Positions 28,101 to 35,831 of a stretch of 64,000 nt of DNA are shown here, piece by piece. Made by a program: the position numbers and the translations under genes. How positions within the stretch are numbered: the stretch's first letter is position 1; every line of letters begins with the position of its first letter. The notes beneath the pieces are model-generated. The model did no database searches, was not told the origin of the DNA, and was given only the letters and a program-made list of their open reading frames with translations. Source of the stretch: Corallococcus exiguus (GTDB lineage Bacteria > Myxococcota > Myxococcia > Myxococcales > Myxococcaceae); assembly GCF_017302975.1 (NCBI RefSeq), contig NZ_JAFIMT010000003.1. One strand, given 5' to 3'.

Positions 28101-29443
28101 CGCGTCTCCCCCAACAGCCGGTACACCGGCACCGAGCGCGAGACGCCCTTGAGCTTCGCGTCCTCCACGAACTCCGTGGAGAAGCCGCCCTGCTGCGAGC
28201 GCGACCGGGTGTTGGCGCACAGGTGCACGCCGTCCTGGCGTCCGCCGTGCGTCATCAGACGCGCGGCCATGTTCACGACCTCGCCCAGCGCCGAGTAGCC
28301 CTTGCGCGTGGGCGAGCCCATGTCCCCGCAGTAGGCGTGGCCGGTGGCGATGCCGATCTGCAGCTCATCCAGGAAGGGGAACTGCTCCCGGGCCTTGAGC
28401 AGCTTGCAGGCCAGCCGGCACGCCAGCACCTCCTTGTTCTGCTGGGCGGTGGGCGCGCCGAACAGGACGTAGAGCACGTTGCCCTTGTCCGTGAAGTCCG
28501 TCATCAGCAGCACGCCGCCGTGGTGGGCGGACTCGCGCTGGACGTATTCGTAGTAGGCGTTGAGGTCGTGGGTGAACGCGTCCGGATCCGTGTCCGCCCG
28601 CGCGTGGGTGAAGCGCACGAAGAAGCAGGTGACGTCGCGGAAGTCGCCCGCGAACTCCTGGTGCGCGGTGGTGATCTTCGTGAAGAGCACCGGGTGCAAA
28701 AGCAGCGCGCACCGGCCCACCAGCTCCGCCCCACCCGTGGGCGCGGGCAGCGGGCGCTTCACCGATTCCACCGGCGCGTCGAGCGCCAGCCGGTGGTTGC
28801 CGCCCTCGCGCGGCTCGCCCCTGCGCGCGGACTCCGGCAGCGCCGCCCAGGCGCGCGGGCTCAAGACGACCTCCGACACCGTGGCCTGCTTCTCCGCGCC
28901 CACCGCCTGCGCCAGCGGCTCTCCCACGAGCGCCGGGTGCATCCACAGGCCGGTGGTGCCCATCACGATGCGGGTGGCCTCACCAAAGCCGATGCCGATG
29001 CGCGACGACACGCCGAAGCGCTGGCCCAACAGCTCCAGCCGGGCGAAGCGCGCGAGCCTGCGCTGCACGCCCAGCGCGCACACCGCCGCTCGCTGCACGA
29101 CGTCCGCGTCCGCTTCCTCGGGCGCGGACTCGAAGCACGCGAGGATGGAGTCGCCGGCGAACTGGTAGATGTCCCCGCCGTGGTCGCGGACCACGTCGAT
29201 CATCTCCGTGTAGTAGTTCGTCAGCAGGCGCTGGAGCGCGTCGATGCCGCGAGGGCCCGCGCCGCTCAGCCCCACCACGATGGGCGTGAAGCCCGCGATG
29301 TCCAGCAGCAGGATGGCGCCCCGCACGCCCTCCGCCCGGGGCAGCGCGTCCGCATCCTGGCTCCCAAGCCGCGCGAGGATGGCCGCCGGCATGTACGGGG
29401 CCAGCATCGCGACAGCGGGATCGATGGGCTGCGTGGAGGGCAT
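25142..29443 (-). CDS. multidomain signalling protein: two class III adenylate/guanylate cyclase homology domains, an AAA/P-loop NTPase and C-terminal TPR/helical repeats
   Basis: CHD1 carries the metal-binding Asp motifs (LLDIAGFT, FAGDS). CHD2 lacks them but has the transition-state Asn/Arg motif (EVVNMAARL). Walker A GEAGIGKS, then a long TPR-like helical region. ATG at 29441-29443. Confidence 0.85.
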   Translation of the reverse strand: MPSTQPIDPAVAMLAPYMPAAILARLGSQDADALPRAEGVRGAILLLDIAGFTPIVVGLSGAGPRGIDALQRLLTNYYTEMIDVVRDHGGDIYQFAGDSILACFESAPEEADADVVQRAAVCALGVQRRLARFARLELLGQRFGVSSRIGIGFGEATRIVMGTTGLWMHPALVGEPLAQAVGAEKQATVSEVVLSPRAWAALPESARRGEPREGGNHRLALDAPVESVKRPLPAPTGGAELVGRCALLLHPVLFTKITTAHQEFAGDFRDVTCFFVRFTHARADTDPDAFTHDLNAYYEYVQRESAHHGGVLLMTDFTDKGNVLYVLFGAPTAQQNKEVLACRLACKLLKAREQFPFLDELQIGIATGHAYCGDMGSPTRKGYSALGEVVNMAARLMTHGGRQDGVHLCANTRSRSQQGGFSTEFVEDAKLKGVSRSVPVYRLLGETRRGLFIKGRGDIIGRSRELNVLHASLTAAFAGQGRVSVVSGEAGIGKSRLGARVLEDAEEGGARALYGVCYSYEAFTPFFPWKEVLLQAFGLHDSDDTEAQLARLRQGLDGLEDVGPEWIPVVAGILGMSLEETSATAGMDARRKQQKVFQIIFQLLEKLSRAQPLLLFFEDLHWADYISLDLLQYLAVRVGSHRIMVLATMRPGDQLRGLRDLPEFVPVDLTSLDEEDTRALLRVHLRLSPPDVALEDRLLAKVQGNPFFIESIVEGLAEQGYLGPVEPGSPRMEVKRGLQDLLLPDSIQDVVLSRIDLLSETEKLVVKVASVIGRIFTLDAVAALVPTLGHGVLREAMDTLQRLGLILLETEEPYTCLFKHIVIRDVAYNTLLVSAREDLHRRLARYLEARANDNLAGSAGLLAFHFLAGNVEDKGLAYTLMAARSARAQYANDDALYHYNRGLELLGTVVPVDPEVTLLQTRRVMQELAETLLQAGHYANAILMFEQCLVDEEEPPLQAELHLGLGRAHQEKGESALATQHLEKSLVLRGRSLPGSLAALGLRTLANLLLRGLATLLPFILRPLPAARLGNYLQQLSTLNSLIRIYYFADITKLTWATLVSTNMAERSRNDYAMSMARGYYGTLLFGAGLLKRSRYHCEKALEYARRSKDPVAEGLALSRLGIQAFFANELERAREFQEEAVSTLRQVGERWERQTSLMMQATGEFLHSRFRTAVALYEQMGTIGVELNALMHQGWAHSWAPMCRYLLGEGDVGELCAELEQGLRISEEVADLANQCASLNHLANVTVREHQVEEAALVAVRCFESIWSYQVLVPFLQVGLVDAAEAALFALEEGATVVPRKKLLKVVRLSCLKARVIARLYPYLKGPALRVTARSLALRKGPKAAEPVFLEAIAVLEKSPNRWETGVAYFDAAVALPNRREEFLARARAIFTEVEARAELRRMDRFQATLQAPPVEALVASQASRSRDARVM

Positions 29444-29461
29444 CCGTAAGGGGCTTTCCGC

Positions 29462-29863
29462 TCAGGACAGGTTGGCGAAGCGCAGGTACAGGGCGCCCAG
29501 GCACATGGCGCCGTAGAGGGGGATTTCCGCCGTCTCCGGCCAGGGCTGCTGCTTGCGCACCGCGCCCCAGACGTGCACCGCCGTCATCAGTCCGCCAATG
29601 AGGCCGATGAGCTCGAAGATGACCAGGTGGCTCTTGGGGTCCGGGATGAACTGCACCACCGCGATGATGACGGACAGCGCCAGGCCGCCCAGGCAACGCG
29701 CGAAGTAGACCGTCAAATCGTTGTTGCCCGTGGGCAGCTCCCACCCGAACCAACGCGCCCAACGCAGCGGGATGAACAGCAATGGCAGTGCGTAGACGAC
29801 CAGGAAGACCGAGGTGGAGACCGCGAGGAACCAGCTGGCCAGCGGATAGTCGGGGTTGATCAT
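29462..29863 (-). CDS. small membrane protein, unknown function
   Basis: Three or four hydrophobic helices from the internal ATG (MINPDYPLASWFLAVSTSVFLVVYALPLLFI...) at 29863. Ends 18 nt upstream of the cyclase start. The track's Arg/Pro-rich N-terminal extension is rejected. Confidence 0.45.
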   Translation of the reverse strand: MINPDYPLASWFLAVSTSVFLVVYALPLLFIPLRWARWFGWELPTGNNDLTVYFARCLGGLALSVIIAVVQFIPDPKSHLVIFELIGLIGGLMTAVHVWGAVRKQQPWPETAEIPLYGAMCLGALYLRFANLS

Positions 29864-29996
29864 GATGGCGGACGTGATGGGTGACGGATGTGCACCCGCG
29901 GCGCACGCCCCTCCCCACGACGTCCATCCTAGAATCTTTTGCCACCCCGTGGGGCGGCTTCCCCTCCACCAAGGCCCTGCTTGAGCCGCCTGCCGC

Positions 29997-30527
29997 CTAG
30001 CGGGTGGCGGCCAGGAGGAACTCGGCCACCCGCTCCAGGGAGGTGGTGCGCTCGGCCTCCGCCGGGAAGCGCCGGAACAGCTCCGGTGGCCCGTGCAGGA
30101 TGAGCGGCTTGCCATAGCGCAAGGCCAGGACGGCCTCCGCGGCGGTGCCAGCGCCCCCGGGCAGCGCGACCAGGGCATGAGGCGTCAGCACGTTGATGTG
30201 GTTGCGGCTCATGGGGTCCGTGCCCTGCTCCCCGCTGAGCGGCAGGTGCGTGTAGATGGGGATTTCGATGTCCGTGTTGGGGTAGCCGGCCCGGGGCTGG
30301 TAACGGCCGTCCGCGCCCACGGTGCCGGGGATGATGCCGATGGCCGCCCCCCGCCGCCCCTCCACCTGGACGAAGGCGCCCGCCGCCGCGCTCATGACGC
30401 CGCCGCCCGCGCCGGTGAGCAGGTCGAACCCGGCCTCCGCGATCCACCGCGCCAGGGGGACGACCCACTCCTCGTGAGAGTGCGCCCCGGAGCCGAACAC
30501 TCCGATGATGCGGCGGTGTCTGCGCAT
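29997..30527 (-). CDS. LOG-family / TIGR00725-like Rossmann-fold protein (cytokinin riboside 5'-monophosphate phosphoribohydrolase-like)
   Basis: GGAGG SD 9 nt upstream of the ATG at 30527. IGVFGSG...GGGVM and PGGAGTAAE motifs are typical of the LOG/DprA-like Rossmann family. Confidence 0.75.
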   Translation of the reverse strand: MRRHRRIIGVFGSGAHSHEEWVVPLARWIAEAGFDLLTGAGGGVMSAAAGAFVQVEGRRGAAIGIIPGTVGADGRYQPRAGYPNTDIEIPIYTHLPLSGEQGTDPMSRNHINVLTPHALVALPGGAGTAAEAVLALRYGKPLILHGPPELFRRFPAEAERTTSLERVAEFLLAATR

Positions 30528-30769
30528 GACTGCGTCCTCCCCGAAAAACTGGAACTACGTGAGCCCCTGTTCCATGCGAATCCCCGGCCAACGACGCAAG
30601 GGCTCACGGACCGGCGTGCGTCCTGAGTCCCGTCCACCCGTGGAAGGTGCGTGGCGCGAGCGTCGGCCAGCCGTCGCTTCCCTCCTCCCGGAGCGCCAGA
30701 CGTTCTCGCACGACCCGTGATGTCGGACCCCTCCTCTACCTTCCTCGCAGGTGAGCAAGGAGGCTGCCC

Positions 30770-31075
30770 ATGTTCGACGCCTGTGGAGGTTGTGAGCGCC
30801 GTGGCACCGCCGGAGAGGTGTTCGACTGGTGCGCGCACTGCGAATTGTCCCTGTGTCCCGATTGCCTCGTGCGCGGCTGCTGCGGCAGCGCACCCGCGGA
30901 CTCCGGGCGGGGCGCCCCCAAGGAGCTGCCCGACCCGCCACCTCCCGAGCGCGAAGTCCTCCCGGAGGACTTCGGGGGCCGGTGCTGCACGCACGCCCGC
31001 GCGGTGGCCTGCTCCTGCGCCTTCCACTGGGTCTGCACGCGCCACGGCGACCTGCACGTGGGCACCCACGACTGA
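30770..31075 (+). CDS. small Cys-rich putative zinc-binding protein
   Basis: Near-consensus SD AAGGAGG 8 nt upstream of the ATG. Sixteen Cys in 101 aa, arranged as CxxC...CxxC...CxxC pairs (B-box/zinc-ribbon-like). Confidence 0.6.
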   Translation: MFDACGGCERRGTAGEVFDWCAHCELSLCPDCLVRGCCGSAPADSGRGAPKELPDPPPPEREVLPEDFGGRCCTHARAVACSCAFHWVCTRHGDLHVGTHD

Positions 31076-31162
31076 GGGCGTTGACACACGGGCGGCCTGT
31101 CCACGAGGTTTCCGCCTGCTTTCAGGCATTCCCGCCCGGACACAGCACGGAGCACGAACACC

Positions 31163-31555
31163 ATGGGTCTCGCCGAACGGTCGGAAATGGCCGCGTTCAA
31201 GAAGGACACCTTCGACGCGAAGGTGGCGGAGCTGAAGGAGGCCGCGGCGGGCGCGGACATCCAGGTGACGCTGGACGAGGCGAGCTTCAGCACCGTGGCC
31301 GCCATCCAGATGCTCTCCAACGGCGTCTTCGACCGGCTCATCGACGACATGAAGTCCGTCTGCGGCGACGCCATCGGAAAGCAGGCCGTCCGGGAAGGCA
31401 TCCAGACGTTGCACATCGTCCACAAGGACGCGCCGGGCTTCACGCTGGAGCTGACGGACGGCACGCTCACCCTGCGCGCGAAGGTGGACGGCTCCCTCGG
31501 CGAGGACCTGCCGGGCTACGGCCAGTACCGGGCCTTCCTGCTGAAGAAGCTGTAG
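31163..31555 (+). CDS. hypothetical protein
   Basis: ATG at 31163. Lys/Asp/Glu-rich protein-like composition, clearly different from GC-driven shadow ORFs. Followed by a hairpin. Confidence 0.6.
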   Translation: MGLAERSEMAAFKKDTFDAKVAELKEAAAGADIQVTLDEASFSTVAAIQMLSNGVFDRLIDDMKSVCGDAIGKQAVREGIQTLHIVHKDAPGFTLELTDGTLTLRAKVDGSLGEDLPGYGQYRAFLLKKL

Positions 31556-31575
31556 GCCCCGCACGGCCTCACCGA

Positions 31576-31608
31576 CCGGAGGGCCGCTTTGTCAGCGGTG
31601 TCCTCCGG
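31576..31608. terminator. imperfect GC-rich hairpin between convergent genes
   Basis: The outer stem ccggagg / cctccgg plus the inner stem gccgct / agcggt close a 5-nt loop, with a 2-nt bulge. Starts about 20 nt after the stop of the 31163..31555 gene. Confidence 0.35.
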
Positions 31609-31628
31609 CACGGGACATTCCGTCCGGC

Positions 31629-34600
31629 TCAGGGCACGTCCAGCACGACGCCCTGCCCCGGGACGGCCATCACCCAGCGGACGACGTCGGGCTTGCCGCC
31701 GCAGGTGACGCGCACCTCGAACTCGCGCCCCGCGGGCATCTGGTTGGACAGGGGCGTCTGGCCCTCCAGCACCTGCGAGCCCAGCGCCACGCGGCAGCCC
31801 TGGGCACCGGTGATGCTGAGCATGCCCCGGGCCTCCGCCTGGGGCGGGGCGTCCGCGAGCGTGCGCAGGTCGATGTGCTCCGACTTCGGCACCTTGCCGA
31901 AGCGGTGCAGCTTGCCGTCCACGGCCGTGGAGATGAGCCAGCCGGTGTTGCCTTCGGGCAGGCCCTGGCTCGCATCCAGCAGGACGCCGGACACGTAGAC
32001 GCGCTCGCCCTCCTGGGCGTTGCGCACCTCCACGCCGCCCTTGGGCAGCAGGAACACCAGCGCGAGCCCCGCGAGCACCAGGCCCACGCCGCCCACGATG
32101 AGCCCCTTGCGCTGACCGGGCGTCATCCCCTTCCCCGTCGCTTCGGCGGCGGGCGCTGAAGCCGCGGGGGAGACCGCGTGGACTGGTGGGGCCGGCGGCG
32201 CGGCCACGGGGGCCGCCGGAGGCCGCGCGGGCGGAGCCACGGGAGCGGACACGGGCGGAGCATGCGGGGCAGCCACGTGCGGCGGCGGCGCGGCCACGGG
32301 AGGGTGTCCCCCATAGGCCGCGTGGGAGCCGGTCGGCGGCGGCGCATGGTGCCCCAGCGGCGGCTGCGGGGCGCTTCCCTGCTGCGCGTGGGCAGCCCCG
32401 TATTGCGCGTGGGTGCCCCCATGCGACGGGGGCGCTGCCACGGGGTGCGGCTGCGGAGCCGCGGTCAGGGGGGCGACGGAGGGCACCGCCACCGACGGAC
32501 GCGCGGGCGCCTGCGGCGGAGGCCCCACGCGCGTGGGCACGTTGGCGGACGCCGCGGGGCGCACCGCGGTGGGCGGCGGCAGCGGCGAGGCGGGCGGAGG
32601 CGCTGCCGGGCGCGACGGACGGGGGGCGGCGGCCACGGGCGGTGCCACCGGAGGCGCGGCGGCCACGGGCGGCCCGTTGACGGAGACGACCTCGGTGCCG
32701 CGCTCGGCGGGCTCCGGCGGGGAGGCCACCGGGGGCGGCTCCATCCGGGGCATGCTGCCGGAACCGCCGCGCACGGGCGGCCGGGACAGGTCCGAAGGGG
32801 CCCGCATGTCGCTGCCCGAGCCCGTGCCCACGTTGCGCGAGTGCGAGCCCGTGCCCGGCATCAGCGCCCGGGGGTTGGAGCCCGTGCCCGGGCCGGCGAT
32901 GGACGACGGCGCGTACTCGGAGAGCCGGTCACCCAGCGCCTCCTTGAAGAACTGCGCCACCGACGCGGGCGACGAGGACAGCCGGTGGTGCGCGATGACG
33001 GCTTCAATCTCCTCGCGCATCGCCGCCGCGGAGGGCGTGCGCCGCGCCGGGTCCTTCACCAGCGCGCGCAGGATGAGGTCCGACACGTCCTGCGGGATGT
33101 GGGGCCGCAGCTGCGAGGGCACCGGCGCGGGCTCGCGCACGATGGCCGCGAGCGTGGCCGCGTCATGGTCCCTGCGGAACGGCAGCTGGCCGGTGAGCAG
33201 CTCGAAGAGCACCACGCCCAGCGCGAACACGTCGTTGCGCCAGTCCAGCGGGCGGCCGCTGGCGGCCTCCGGGGAGAGGTACGAAATCTTCCCCTTGATG
33301 ACGCCCGCCTGCGTGTGCTCCTCGCCCTGCACCTTGGCGATGCCGAAGTCCGACAGCTTGATGGCGCCGTCCAGCGACACCAGCACGTTGTGGGGGCTGA
33401 CGTCGCGGTGCACCACCGGGTGCGCCGTGCCGGAAGGGTCCACGTAGCTGTGCGCGTAGTGCAGGCCCGCGGCCACCTCCGCCACGATGCGCAGCGCGTG
33501 CTCCAGCGGCAGCGCCATGCCCTTGCGGCGCAGCTCCGTGAGCAGGCGCTTCAGGTCCGGGCCGCGCACGTACTCCATCAGGATGTACGCCACGCCGTCC
33601 GTCACGCCCACGTCGAAGGTCTGCACGACGTTGGGGTGCGTGAGGCGCGCGTTGGCGCGGGCCTCCGCGAAGAGCATGTCGACGAACTCAGGATTCTCAG
33701 CGAACTGCGCGAGAATCTTCTTCATCACCACGAACTTCTCGAAGCCCTTCACGCCCTGCTGCTTGGCGAGAAACACTTCCGCCATGCCGCCCTGCCCCAG
33801 CCGGCGGATGATCTGCAACCGCGCGCCGCTGGTGTGCGTGTCCGTGGCTGACGAGCCCCGGGCGCCGGGGTCCGTGTTGGTGGAGCCGAAGAGGTACTGG
33901 CTGAGCGCGCGCTGCTCCAGCGCCTCGATGTCCTCCAGCGGCTTGTCCGTGAGCGGCGTGCGCGCGAGCAGCCCCTGGAACTGCGCGAGCGCCGGGGCCC
34001 GGGCGTTGCCGCCGCAGACGGGGCACACGCGCTCCATGGTGCCCTTGGCGCGCAGGACTTCCAGGTACTCGGAGGTCTGGATGCGCTGGTGGGTGACCTG
34101 GCCGCAGTTGCGGCAGTCGCACGGCAACCACAGCGTGGCCAGCTTCGCGGGCAGCGTCTTGGTGGACTTCGCCAGCACGGCCAGCAGCGGCGGCGGCACG
34201 CGGCAGAGCACCACCTGGGCGCCCTGCGCCGCCACCTCCAGCACCTGTTCGATGCGCGGCAGCGCTTCCTGCTCCACCACGCTCACGTGGCAGCAGTCGA
34301 ACGCGACACGCCCCTCCAGGCCGGACGCCAGCCGGCGCACGTTGAGGTCGCCCTTGAGCGTGCTGGCCAGGGTGATGAAGGTGATGTCGTCCTGGACGAT
34401 CTTCAGGTGCGACGCGAGCTCGGACGGCTCGGACGGGATGCCGGAGCGCAGGTAGCGCAGCACCGCGGGATCCACCGCGGAGAACTGCTGGCGGCGCGCG
34501 AAGTCGAAGAACTCCGTGGGCTCGTCCGCGAACTCCAGCGGCTGGGAGCACACCGGGCACTGGTGCGGCGGGGCCCCGCCCTGCTCCAGCACCTTCGCCT

Positions 34601-34976
34601 CCTCCACCAGGCGGACCAGCCGCAGCCGGTCCTCCTTGCAGAAGCGGCACGTGTACGGCGCCAACAGGGAGAGCACGCGCGCGACGCCCGCGAAGCCCTC
34701 CACCATGTTGAGCTGATCCACCACCACCGGCGGCGCGTTGACGACGTACAGCCCCGACACGCCCTGCGGCGGGTGGCCGGCGAACTCGATCCACCGGCGC
34801 ACGCCGAAGGAGCTGATCCGCTCCACCAGGCCCAGGTCCACCACCACCAGGCCCTGGATGCCCTTGGAGGCTGGCGAGAGGGGGAAGGTTTCGTCGATCA
34901 CCCCGGCCACGCGCACGTGGGTCAGACTGCCCACGCGCAGGGAGGTGATGCTGGCATTGGAAGTTTGGCTCTCCAC
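31629..34976 (-). CDS. Ser/Thr protein kinase (Hanks type): two N-terminal STAS-like domains each followed by a Cys4 zinc ribbon, then kinase domain, Pro/Ala-rich linker, one TM helix and a C-terminal extracytoplasmic domain
   Basis: Kinase subdomains GQGGMAEVFLAKQ, VMK, HRDVSPHNVLV, DFGIA and SPE. Zinc ribbons CRFC..CPVC and CDCRNC..CPVC. TM helix LIVGGVGLVLAGLALVFLL. Start assigned to a GTG, which I place at about 34976 with an uncertainty of roughly 1 nt. That GTG is preceded by GAGGG and lies 4 nt after the stop of the upstream gene. The track start at 35057 would overlap the upstream gene by about 77 nt. Confidence 0.85.
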   Translation of the reverse strand: MESQTSNASITSLRVGSLTHVRVAGVIDETFPLSPASKGIQGLVVVDLGLVERISSFGVRRWIEFAGHPPQGVSGLYVVNAPPVVVDQLNMVEGFAGVARVLSLLAPYTCRFCKEDRLRLVRLVEEAKVLEQGGAPPHQCPVCSQPLEFADEPTEFFDFARRQQFSAVDPAVLRYLRSGIPSEPSELASHLKIVQDDITFITLASTLKGDLNVRRLASGLEGRVAFDCCHVSVVEQEALPRIEQVLEVAAQGAQVVLCRVPPPLLAVLAKSTKTLPAKLATLWLPCDCRNCGQVTHQRIQTSEYLEVLRAKGTMERVCPVCGGNARAPALAQFQGLLARTPLTDKPLEDIEALEQRALSQYLFGSTNTDPGARGSSATDTHTSGARLQIIRRLGQGGMAEVFLAKQQGVKGFEKFVVMKKILAQFAENPEFVDMLFAEARANARLTHPNVVQTFDVGVTDGVAYILMEYVRGPDLKRLLTELRRKGMALPLEHALRIVAEVAAGLHYAHSYVDPSGTAHPVVHRDVSPHNVLVSLDGAIKLSDFGIAKVQGEEHTQAGVIKGKISYLSPEAASGRPLDWRNDVFALGVVLFELLTGQLPFRRDHDAATLAAIVREPAPVPSQLRPHIPQDVSDLILRALVKDPARRTPSAAAMREEIEAVIAHHRLSSSPASVAQFFKEALGDRLSEYAPSSIAGPGTGSNPRALMPGTGSHSRNVGTGSGSDMRAPSDLSRPPVRGGSGSMPRMEPPPVASPPEPAERGTEVVSVNGPPVAAAPPVAPPVAAAPRPSRPAAPPPASPLPPPTAVRPAASANVPTRVGPPPQAPARPSVAVPSVAPLTAAPQPHPVAAPPSHGGTHAQYGAAHAQQGSAPQPPLGHHAPPPTGSHAAYGGHPPVAAPPPHVAAPHAPPVSAPVAPPARPPAAPVAAPPAPPVHAVSPAASAPAAEATGKGMTPGQRKGLIVGGVGLVLAGLALVFLLPKGGVEVRNAQEGERVYVSGVLLDASQGLPEGNTGWLISTAVDGKLHRFGKVPKSEHIDLRTLADAPPQAEARGMLSITGAQGCRVALGSQVLEGQTPLSNQMPAGREFEVRVTCGGKPDVVRWVMAVPGQGVVLDVP

Positions 34977-34980
34977 CCGC

Positions 34981-35823
34981 CTACCCTCGTTCCAGACTGA
35001 ACAGCAGCGACTTGGGCTGCGAGGCCCGGCGGCGAGCGTCGCCCAGGTCCACGCCACACGCGAACTGCGTGCGCTTTCCCGGAGTCACCCGCACCGCTAC
35101 CACGTCGCTGTGCTCCAGGATGCGCCGCAGACCCAGGCCCGCGCCACCACCCGAAGCATCCACCTGCGCCTTCTCACCCCAGGCCTTCACCACCCGCACC
35201 AGCGGTGACACCGACAGGCGGCCGAAGCGATCCGTCGCCTCCAGCCACGCCCGGCCGTCCGCCACCGCCCACGACACCAGGCAACGGTCTTCATCCGCCA
35301 CCGACTGCACCTGGCCGCGCCGGTGGGCGTACTTCGGCTCGCCGCTTCCGTCCACTGGCGCATCGAGCAGCGCGTTCACGCCAATCTCATGGACGACATC
35401 CGCCACCCGGCTGGCCGCGCCCTTGGAGCCGCCAGCCTGGAGGACGGCCTCGGCCGCGCGCTCGCCCACGGCCGTCACCTCCGCCACGCTGCCCAGCCAC
35501 GCCACGGACGTGGCGGCCTCCTGGGGGATCATGGGCTCGCCGCGCAGGAGCGCGCTCAGCAGCCGCGCCTCCCAGGCGGACGGCTGGCCGCCCTCGCGGG
35601 TGGCCAGCAGCAGCGCCGGGGGACGGCGCTCCAGGAGCGCGGCGTGGGCGGGAGTGAACCGCCCGTCGAACAGCACCAGCTGCGGCGCCGCGTCGTCACC
35701 GCGCCCCAACAACAGGCCGTCCCGGGCCAGCACTCCGGAGGCCTTCTCCAGCGCCTCCGGCGTGAGCGTCGTGTCCGGCGTCAACTTCAGGGGAGCATCC
35801 TTCACGGCGGCGACGGTATCCAA
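34981..35823 (-). CDS. GHKL/HATPase_c-type ATP-binding protein resembling anti-sigma-factor serine kinases (RsbW/SpoIIAB-like)
   Basis: The C-terminal half carries an N-box-like VHEIGVNALLDA, a G1-like DRFGR and a G2-like GGGAGLGLRRILE. Starts 8 nt after the TonB receptor stop. Its stop lies 4 nt before the kinase GTG, and the kinase SD sits inside its last codons. Confidence 0.6.
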   Translation of the reverse strand: MDTVAAVKDAPLKLTPDTTLTPEALEKASGVLARDGLLLGRGDDAAPQLVLFDGRFTPAHAALLERRPPALLLATREGGQPSAWEARLLSALLRGEPMIPQEAATSVAWLGSVAEVTAVGERAAEAVLQAGGSKGAASRVADVVHEIGVNALLDAPVDGSGEPKYAHRRGQVQSVADEDRCLVSWAVADGRAWLEATDRFGRLSVSPLVRVVKAWGEKAQVDASGGGAGLGLRRILEHSDVVAVRVTPGKRTQFACGVDLGDARRRASQPKSLLFSLERG

Positions 35824-35831
35824 ACAGCGCC

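Noticed and set aside
32178-33851. 557-aa plus-strand ORF inside the Ser/Thr kinase gene
   Set aside because: Antisense to a region encoding intact Hanks kinase subdomains. Its translation is almost entirely Arg/Gly/His.
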